Source of the DNA: Nymphaea colorata
Taxonomy: Eukaryota
Direction: 5' to 3'
NCBI RefSeq assembly: GCF_008831285.2
Contig: NC_045138.2
Coordinates: 42,966,001-43,030,000, forward strand
DNA: 64,000 nucleotides
Part shown: positions 55,001-64,000 of the stretch, piece by piece
Layout: each line of letters opens with the position of its first letter
Numbering within the stretch: the stretch's first letter is position 1
Program-made: the position numbers and the translations under genes
Notes under the pieces: model-generated
Database searches by the model: none
What the model saw: only the letters and a program-made list of their open reading frames with translations
What the model was told of the DNA's origin: nothing

Positions 55001-56389
55001 ATCTGGTCTAATCCACCAACGGCAGATCACTAACCAAAACAACTACAGAACAATTAAGTAGAGCTTCAAATCTAATTGGAAGACAGAAATCTAGCAAAAT
55101 TTGGATTCAATTGCCGAAGTATGCAGCCACAAAAATAATGAATCGTAGACTCAAATTTGACTATAAACTTGAGTCTGATAATCACAGCCAGACAAAAGAA
55201 ATTGTCCTCCAACGTTAACAGTAGAAAATACCAAACTGCATGGAGGCAACCCATGTAATCAACAGAAAATACGAAATCTGAGACCTAAAACATCCTATGA
55301 AAATGCTAATAAACTCACGACACTAAACTATTTACCAGAACCCCTTGAAACAACTCTCAACAAGGTCTACATACATCCAGACTTACCTAGGTCCTAGTCA
55401 ATTTTTACCACTATTTTCCAGTTTAACTGATGAGGTCTTAGATCAACTCCAATCCACGGTAGTTCAGACGGCCCAGCATAGACGAGTAAATTCAAGCATA
55501 GGTCCACCCAAAAAAATTCTACAAGCTAGCATCCCTGAGCTACAATATTTTATTTTTTGTCTAAATAGATTTTTACAAATTTTCATTTTTAGGATTGTCC
55601 ACATCGACACTCCCATCCTTGCCTCATTGCACATGGTATGGATACAGGTGCTGCTGGTATGGGCACAAGTGCGGAGTACTTTAAAAAACTTGGTACAGTG
55701 ACACAGTAGAGTGTGTGTGTGTGTGTATATATAGATATATATAACAAGATTTTTAAGCAAATAAACACATAAATTCATTGTTTTGCATTTATAAAACATA
55801 TATTACTGAATAAAAATGTTAAAATAGATTAAACAAATATAAAAATTACAAAAAACTTACCAAAAAAATATCAAAATTAAGTTTGCCGTGTCCAAGCAAT
55901 GCCTTGTACCAGCACCAGTGTCATTGTCTTGGAAGAAAAAAAATTCCCAGTTGGCAAGTTTATTTTCATGCACTAATTGAAACACTTGAGTACAAAACAA
56001 AGAAGGATTTTTCAATAGTAATAAAGCAGGTATAACTTTGCCACTTGCCTTAAAGTCATGGATTACTTTGGAAGAAATGCTACATGAATCTTGGTTCCTC
56101 CTCTTTTTTCAGCTGTATGGTATTTGATTTGGTTGTGCATCGGTTTCAAACTAATAAAAGTGACAATTGGTTTTCAGATTACAAAGCGGTCAAGGGAGAA
56201 TGTTTGCTTTGTTATGTTTGTGGATGAGTTAACAATGAAAAGATTGTATGTGGAGGAACTTGCTGTGGATGAAAGAGGATATATTGGCTTATGGAAAATT
56301 GTTATTGTAAAGAACTTGCCATACACAGATTTACGCAAGGCAGGAAAAGTTCCAAAGTTCTTGTCACACCGGCTTTTCCCAGCATCTAG
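45439..56389 (+). CDS. DUF616 / TOD1-MUCI70 family glycosyltransferase-like protein, 5' part; exons 45439-45616, 46512-46559, 46733-47080, 47669-48015, 56178-56389; continues beyond the window
   Basis: All junctions are GT-AG, phase-compatible and stop-free. An N-terminal TM helix (VWITLMVVFFLLYASFV) is followed by family motifs FGGHQSLEERE, HCGFVKGP, TGFD, VVSSCIFG, NVCFVMFVDE, GLWKIVIVKNLPYTD and GKVPKFLSHRLFP. From recall it is closest to the AT2G02910/AT1G34550 group. Confidence 0.92.
48944..52481 (-). mobile_element. Full-length hAT transposon (hAT-1) in an intron
   Basis: TIRs CTATGTCACA...TGTGACATAG; perfect 8-bp TSD ACTACAAG; GTAC-rich subterminal repeats. Confidence 0.96.
49250..51556 (-). 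pseudogene. hAT transposase (BED finger, DUF659, hAT C-terminal dimerisation domain) with one premature stop; intron 49410-49532
   Basis: ORFs 51556-50927 and 50779-49250 are in the same frame, separated by a single TAA. Motifs: CNFC...KAH, SDGWTD, WTPCVAH, ETRFAS, SSCCERNWS, DLVYVQSNLRLL. Confidence 0.9.
53700..53896. mobile_element. Degenerate MITE
   Basis: GC-rich ends (GGGGGAGCCAC...GTCTCTGCCCTG) flank an AT-rich core, resembling CAGGGGCGGAGCC-type MITEs. The left end and TSD are not resolved. Confidence 0.45.
54525..55362. mobile_element. Probable solo LTR
   Basis: Terminal inverted repeat TGTTGAG...CTCAACA; 5-bp flanks ATGTC/AGGTC; internal ~105-bp tandem duplication at ~54877-55085. 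Confidence 0.65.
55625..55925. mobile_element. Degenerate non-autonomous hAT fragment
   Basis: GGTATGGATACAGGTGC...TTTAAAAAACTTGGTACAG resembles the subterminal region of hAT-1 and hAT-3 (CATTTTCAAAAAACTTGGGTGCGG), and is likewise followed by GT/AT microsatellites. Confidence 0.5.
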
Positions 56390-57137
56390 GTAACTTCTGT
56401 AATTGTTAACCTGCTTCCCACCTGTTTCATCTTTTGAATAATGCATTCTGTGGTTTTCCAAAGTGCAATAATTGTTTGGAACTTTCTGTTTGTACTACTG
56501 AAAAAACAGCACAGAAATCTGACAGATGGCAATCATGTTACATTTAAGTTATTTTTGGTTCTTCAAGCACTATAGTTGACTGGTGTATCATATCCCATGT
56601 GGGTGCAGCAAGTTGGCTGCCGTACTTATGTATACCATGGGTGCTGCTGTTAATATTTGATGGCTGTCATACTTTTTATTCTAAGTTCAAGTATATATGT
56701 CTTGGCTTTCAAGCACATTAAGTGATATTTCTTAACAAATCCAACTGTATAAGTGGATGAAAAATCTTGAAAATTATTTGATTAAAAAAATCTTGAAAAT
56801 TATTTGATTAAAAAAAATCTTGGAACATCAGATCAGTCAGATATAAGGTTTCTAGGATCAGTGGTCTTGGTTTTGTTTGCTCATAAAAATTCTGATCTAG
56901 GGAACAAATTTCCATGAAATTGTTGAATTTTTATATTTTAGGTATTTTGTCTCCATCTGTACAGTCAGATTTACGAAAACAGCTTAAAGCACTGGAGTCA
57001 TACGTAGGGGCATATTTGGGGAGTTATAATCTGAGGAGCCTATATGAATAATATCTGTCTCAGTGTGTGTTTGTGTGTCTATATATATATATATATGAAG
57101 CTCTTTTGAAGGTAAACCTCTGCACTTGTATGTACTC

Positions 57138-57213
<76 letters not shown>

Positions 57214-57235
57214 TCTACATACACACACACACACA
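57138..57235 (+). repeat. Compound (CT)n(GT)n microsatellite
   Basis: Seen directly in the sequence. Confidence 0.95.
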
Positions 57236-58448
57236 GATCACCTGCTTCATATTTCAGATAATACAATATATTATGATTTTTGACGCGCAAGGGTGATTTG
57301 AGCCTTTCTATTCTTATTACTCGTTGAATAGTGGAAAATATCTGATACATGGCTGTGGTGTTGCATTCATTAAATTACTTTTGGATCTTCAAGCACTGCG
57401 GTCAAATGATTGTAATGCAGTACAGTAGTCTCTCTTTCTCTCTCTCTCTCTCTCGCGTGTTTGTGTGTGACTCTAGCTTATGAACTCTCATTACTCACAT
57501 CAGCATATACAAATTTTCAATGTGCAATGAAAAGGAAGAATAAAATGGAGAAAACCTGTTGTGTATAGGTATTCATTCAGTCGCAGTTCCTCATGAACTT
57601 GAACAGGCCCTAAAAGTTAGGGACTTGTGAAAAAGTGTAGGAACATTTCAAGGCCATAAAAGGCACATTTAGTTGGCTGACCAGAGTTTTTTGTGCTTCA
57701 ACATGGACACTATAATGGGTAGTAGCTGAAAGGGGTGGACAGTGAGAAGCGTGCTGAATTTTGTGACATTTCTACCATTCACAATTTTTTTCATTTCTTT
57801 GCATGCCATGTTGCAAAACCATTTGTTGCACTTGCTTGTAGGTTTGCCAAAACCCTTGGTAACCCACTAAAGTTGAATGTTGAAGGATAACCAATTATAA
57901 TCATGATTTCCATGTTTCAAAATGTCTGGGGATCTCCAAGTGACAGTCAAATCCACATTATGCGTGATGAAGGAACAGGGGAAAAGATGGAGTAAACTCT
58001 GTGATGTGGAGATCCGGCTGTGTATCATGGAAGGGATCCACATTTTTGTACATAATTAGTAATCTCCTGGTTAGTCAATGAGGGCTTGTCTTAGTGGCTA
58101 CTTCACATAGTGGCTACTTCACATTGTGTGATTTGTCTTGGCTGATAAATCCAATTGATATCACCTGAAGCACATAGTACTCCTAGGAAACTGTGAAAAA
58201 CCAACTCAACTTATTTTCATTATCAAAATCCATGATGGTTGGACCCCAGCTCTTCTTTATCCAACTTTGTCATACAAGACAGTAGCACAAAATCATTTGA
58301 TAGTATGTCCATCATCAACTTTTATAGTGACAGCTTCAAGGATCTAAAATAAAAGAAAAGAATGATCTGATCCACTCTTTGACTAAGACGTAGGTGACAA
58401 ACAGCGACTCTTGTGTGCTGAATAATTCCTGCATCAAGTCCTTTGCCA

Positions 58449-61400
58449 CTATGTCACCAAGGTGCGGGGTGCAGGTGCTGGCGCGACACATTTCAAAAAA
58501 TTTAGGTGCAGCGGTGCGGCGAGAGTATTTATTATTATTATTATTATTAATTTATTGTAATAATAATAATATGTATATAATATATAATTATATATAACAA
58601 AAAATTGTCATAAACCACAAAATTATTAAATAACAAGATCAAAATTGCAATTTGCTAATCATGATATAATTATCAATCATCAGCTCAACATCAACAAGAA
58701 ATATACTCTAGTTTTGAGTTCACAAAATCACAGTTCATACAGTCAATACATCATAGTTCATACATCATTACATATTACATCATCAATCAGAGTTGTGTTC
58801 CACTTCCACTTCCACCAATATCTTGATTTTTTTCAATGCTTTCAACGATATCATCATCATTGAACGCCTCAGAAGGAATAACAGGTTCAGAAAAATCCAT
58901 GTTAGCAATATATAAATTGCGTTCTCCATCGAAATCAAATTCATCGGGATTTACATCCCAATATTGAGATGATCCACAACTGCACGTTATTATAAAACGA
59001 AAGTTAAACAATAAAAAATATTGACCATAAAAATATAAGAAATCTAACACAACATAAGAAATTGAGCGAAGCAAAACAACATAATAAAGAAATACCTGTA
59101 TTCTTTTTCTTTTCTTAAAAGAAGACGCAAATTAGAATGCACATAAACCGAGTCCTCTACACGTTGGCTAGTGAGCTTATTCCTTTTAATCTATGATACA
59201 CGGGTATGCCTCCAAAGGAGGCGTACCCTATTGGTACCGGTATGACACCGGTACCGGTACGGGCCTGGGTACGGTTCTGGTACGCGTTGGCCGAACCGAG
59301 TACGGTCAACGTACCGGAGGCCGTATCCGTCCAAAATTGGACACGGTCAACATTGATCGAGTCCAATTTTGTCCATTTTTTTTAAATGTTTATTTCATTT
59401 TAACGTTAAAAATCATTTTGACGTTAAAAAAAAAGTAAAACGAAACCCTTTCGTTTTTGTCTTACGACCCTTTACCTCTCGTCTCTCTCCGGCAACGAAG
59501 CAGCGGTGACAGGCGACGGCAGGGCGGAACGGCGACGGCAGCGGCGACGGCAGGAGGTGACTGTGACGTTGTTTTTTTCATTTTTTGTTTTCATTTTCAT
59601 CGGCTCCACCCCTGCCTTCGCCGTCGGCGACGAGCAACAACGGGTTGTGTGTGCAAAAAACTCATCGCCTGAAAGTGAAAACCCATCACCCCTCCCTCTA
59701 GCTCGCCCTTTCTCTACCCGAGAGGGTTTCAAATCTCTCTCCCTCTCTACCCGAGAGGCTAGCCGACGATTTATAGCCTAGCCGCTTCCTCATGTGTTTT
59801 GTAAGTTTATTTGTATGTGTCAATGTGATTTGCAGCTTTTTTGTGTGTTTTCATAATAAACTTGATCTTCTTCCTGGTAAGCCAGAGATTCAGAGAATAT
59901 AATAGAGGCCTCCTTTTCATTCTTCACTGTCTTAGAATATGAGGCCTTTTCATTCTTCACTGCCTTAGAATATTGTTGAATGTGGATTGCATTTGCCGGC
60001 AGGGCATGTGAATGAGTGTTGCACTCATGCCGTTGTACTGAATGAGTGCTGCATGTAGAGCCGTTGTACTGTGATATATCGTTTCATGAGAGGATTCATC
60101 TATTTCGAATGATCCCTGTTTTTATTGGTTATGTGTTGCAGTTGCAGCTCAATTGCTAGATTCTGTTCAGACATAAGTTGTAATGGCTGATAAAGGAAAA
60201 GAAATACTGCCTCCTACAGGAAGTGGGAATGTAGAAAGTAGCAGTAGTAGTGTTAATACCACTGCATTAGAGAAGGATAATCCACAACAGCCTCTTTGGT
60301 GCTATGTGAAAAAAATAGGAAAAGGACCAGGTGGTGGTGGGAATGTAATGTTTTCTTGCAACTTTTGTGAAATGATGTTCACGGGCTCTTCTACACGTTG
60401 CAAGGCACATTTGTTGCATATCGGAGGCGTTGGAATTAGACCATGCTCAAAACTTACCAACGAGGAGATTAAGATATTCAAAAAAGAACAAGATGCAGCT
60501 GAGACGAAGAAATCTTCATCCAGATCAAGTATGTCTGTTCCTCTTTATGCTACTGAAGGAGGTGAAGATCCTTCAAAGAAAAGAAAAACATTAGCACAAT
60601 CATTCAATAATATGGGAAGGGCAGAGATGGATAGAAGGATCAGAAGCTGACATGTTTGTATAATTGTATGTTAATTACTTCCATACTGTGTTTTGGACCA
60701 TGATTTTATTCTGTTTGCAATTTTTTGATATATATGTGTGAATATGTTATTTTGTTTGAAATTTTTTGATATATATATATTTATATATATATATATGTCC
60801 GTGTGTGTACGGTCGTACCCCCGTACCCAAATTTTTTGAAAATGGTCCGTACCCGTACCCGCACTCGTACCCGTACCTATGTGACATAGCTTTTAATGTT
60901 GTGTATATGACCATATATGCTCCAATTTTTTTCACAACATGATGATGTAACAGGTTGTGATAGTAATCTCAAAGCAAGTTTATGAAGCACGGACATTTCT
61001 GATCCATAGGACACCCACCAATTAAAAGGACTCATGTCATCATCTTCTCTTGTTGCTGCTGTGCCTTCTGAACTAAAATTTCCTAAAAAAAAACTTGTTA
61101 TATTCACAAATTGTTTGTCTTTTGGTATAAGAATCTGTAAAAAGTCTGTCCATACATGACATTCTTTGAGTGTTTAACTCATTATCTAAATTTGGAGTAA
61201 CATGTCCAGAAGCTCCTTCAATCCATTTTTTAGTGTAACATTTGAGATTTAAAGAATGTGCCATGCAATGCAAGGGATCAACTAATATTGTACTTATGCG
61301 ATCAAAGAACTCTGAATTATCAAATACAATGTCTTTTTTTTTCTTTCTTAAAAACTATACGCCGAATTTGTTCAATCATATCTTTCCACATTGCGTAAAC

Positions 61401-62801
61401 TTTATGAAGCATAGGTTCATCTTTATCAACAGCTCTCAACATGCACCAAATTGGCTCTGTGAAATCCTATGCAATTTTATCCAACCATTTATCTTCAACA
61501 ATAAGGTTTTTAATACTTTGAGCTTTAGCCTCATCTTCAACCCGATAAAAGCTCCACTCTCTACTAAACATCATTTGAATAAGTGCAAATCGCACTCTTT
61601 GAATTCTTTTCAACATGACAATTATTGAAGCGAATCATGTCTCTGCAACCTTTAACAATCTCAAATCAGAATAATTACTAAAATGAGACAATGCATGTTG
61701 GTGATTAACGATGAAATTTCTAATATTTCTTGCATCTTTTTCAATCTCTTGAATCCATGGGAATAGCTCATGTTCTTTGGGATCTACATCTTCACTTGGA
61801 GGATTGCATATGTCCTTCAGTGCTAAATTCAAAGTATGTGCAACACATGGAGTCCAAAAAATATGTGAAAAATCATACCTCAAACTAAGTCCAACACTTT
61901 TGCATACAACAACATTATCTGTAATGAGCTGCACCACTTTTTTAGGACCAACCTCCTTGATGGCTTCTACAAATAATTGCTTCAAATATCCAGCATCTTT
62001 ATATTCTCCATATGCATCAACTGCCTTCAAAAATATTGGTTCATCACGTGCAATGACAATGAAATTAATTAGTGGACGTCTTTGCATATCTGTTCACCCA
62101 TCAAAAACAATTGATACCCCAGTCGTGTTCCATTTTAACTTTTTTCTTTCTAAACTTTGCTCAACCTCGTTTTTTTCATTCTGAAGAAGTGATGTGTGCA
62201 ACCTTTCTGAACAGGTAGGTATATATCCTGATAATTTGCTATTTGCAAGCATAGTACAAGCCTTCTTCCAATATGGATTTCTAGCTATATTGAAAGGAAT
62301 GCAGTTAGAATAGAAAAACTTAGCAATCACTTTATTTATTTCTGCCCTTCTACAAGAATCAAAACATGTCTCTATAGTCTTTTTTTTTCTATTAGAACTC
62401 TTAGGATTTGTCACAATAATACTTGTTTTCTTCTTGTTGTGGATTGCATCAGCACGATCTTGCAACCTCTTGAACTTTCGAGCTTTTTCTATAGAAACAA
62501 TTTTACATCCTCGAATTCCATGACCTGACAACTTCAATAAATGTGCCTTAATTCTTGTGTAAGATCCTACAAATGTACCTTGACAATATTTGCATACAAA
62601 ATGCACATTTCCACCGCCACTGCCTACACCTTTAGTGACCGCTTTCATTTCTTTCCATAGTGGTTGTTTTTTAGATGCATATGCTTCACCAGGTAGTGTA
62701 GAAGACTTTGAAACATCACCTTCATCCACATTCACACTAGATGAAGAACCTATTGCAGGAGAATCTGAAACAACTTCTTTTCCTTTCCTTCTATTTGCCA
62801 T
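58449..62801 (-). mobile_element. hAT-3 with a frameshifted transposase; far end not found in the window
   Basis: Terminus CTATGTCACC at 58449. Transposase fragments 62801-62094, 62087-61635, 61273-60890, 59190-59100 and a last exon ~58980-58787 include CKYC BED, WTPCVAH and SSCCEKNWS. Confidence 0.9.
59191..60889 (+). mobile_element. hAT-2, an internal-deletion derivative nested in hAT-3
   Basis: TIRs CTATGATACA...TGTGACATAG; perfect TSD CTTTTAAT. It retains only a BED-finger ORF (60183-60650) similar to the hAT-1 N-terminus. Confidence 0.94.
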
Positions 62802-64000
62802 CTTTTATGGTTTATCTAGTGTTGACCAGCTCTTGCACTGTTGCACAGGTAGAACATCGAACAATGAGCTTTAATTTTAAAACTATCTATGGATATGTAA
62901 CAATAATTGCAAAAATTCAAGTGACATTCAGATTGAATAAATGACAAGAGGTAAACAAGTGAGAGAATTTTATAAGGCATTGATAAGGTCACGTTCCAGC
63001 AATTTATAACTTTTAGAACGTGCATTTGAGTATTCAAACCAAAAAGAATTCAATATTCAGTAGAAGTATTCAATATTCTACTGTTACCAATGCATTGATA
63101 AGGCATTCATAAGCTCTCGTTCTGACTATTTGAACTTCATGTAGAACAGTAGAACTATTCAATATTCATACACAAGATTTTAGAAATCACACGCATTCTT
63201 CTCTGTTCTTTTGAATCTTTTCTTTAAAAAATAGGAAACTGCACATCACATAATGCATGGTCAATATATCAGGTGAAATCAATAGTTTAAGTTATTTAAC
63301 GTTCCAAGCATGTAGAACAAAGCATGTAGCTTGGGTAGATTTTTAATAAATAAGTTGCAAAATAAATGCCAAACATCTACCATAAAATTAGATGGAAGAG
63401 CTTGACCATTGAACTGTCATATAACCAATAGAACCAAGGCATAGGACATTTACCACCAAGCTGAGATAGTATCAGCCTATCAGGAAACCAAATCTTAACA
63501 TTAAGCACCAATCAAGCATAAGGAGAGCTAGCATTTTGATCAACCACCACATCATGCATATGTTCACCCCAAGTGCCAATGACATAAGAATAACAGGGAA
63601 AAAAAAAACAGAATAGCAAAGAGAGAATCATCTGATAAAGAATAGAATATAAATTATAAAGCAGATATCCAGGTTCTATAAAGTATCATTAGACTGGCAA
63701 GGAAGATAACTTCCCACTAGTCCCAAAAGGGATATATATTTAACTAACGTGCATCATAGTTGTTTCTGTCATAATCAATTTTGCGCGAGTTCAAGAAGGC
63801 ATCAGCCATTCCAGACATTGTAAGCTAAATGAAAATCTCCTTGATGAAGCAAATAAATTTATTAGCAAAACAGCGTGGCTTTGGAAACAAAGATTGGTCT
63901 GCCATGGCATGGAAATAATTAAGGAATCAAACAATAAAAAAATCAGAACCACTGTAATACAAGCAAACAAAGGACGGAATGAAAGGATTAGCAGCTTGCC

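Noticed and set aside
57060..57350. ORFs with THTH/RERE or SLSL/CVCV runs
   Set aside because: These are translations of microsatellites.

Overview
Plant (angiosperm) nuclear DNA dominated by transposable elements, with no prokaryotic features. From left to right: (1) A decayed Athila-like Ty3/Gypsy pol on the minus strand, whose integrase is split at ~848/~17512 by a ~16.7-kb insert. The insert reads as one decayed Mutator-like element (MULE). It carries three pseudogenes: a plant mobile domain (PMD/MAIN-like) gene on +, and an Ulp1-like SUMO protease and a FAR1-type MULE transposase on -. It also carries five repeat arrays/clusters sharing an AGATAA/TTATCT core, and it is interrupted by a 3.6-kb CACTA element holding a spliced host-gene fragment. 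(2) An old ~3.4-kb tandem duplication whose second copy has gained a TRIM and an hAT MITE. (3) A Ty1/Copia element (25455-42851) containing two further Copia elements and a non-autonomous PIF/Harbinger element. (4) The 5' part of a DUF616 (TOD1/MUCI70-family) glycosyltransferase-like gene (+, from 45439, continuing past the window end). Its large introns hold a near-intact hAT, a nested hAT-in-hAT, MITEs and a solo LTR. All calls come from manual reading and recalled family motifs; no database search was run, and pseudogene boundaries are approximate.
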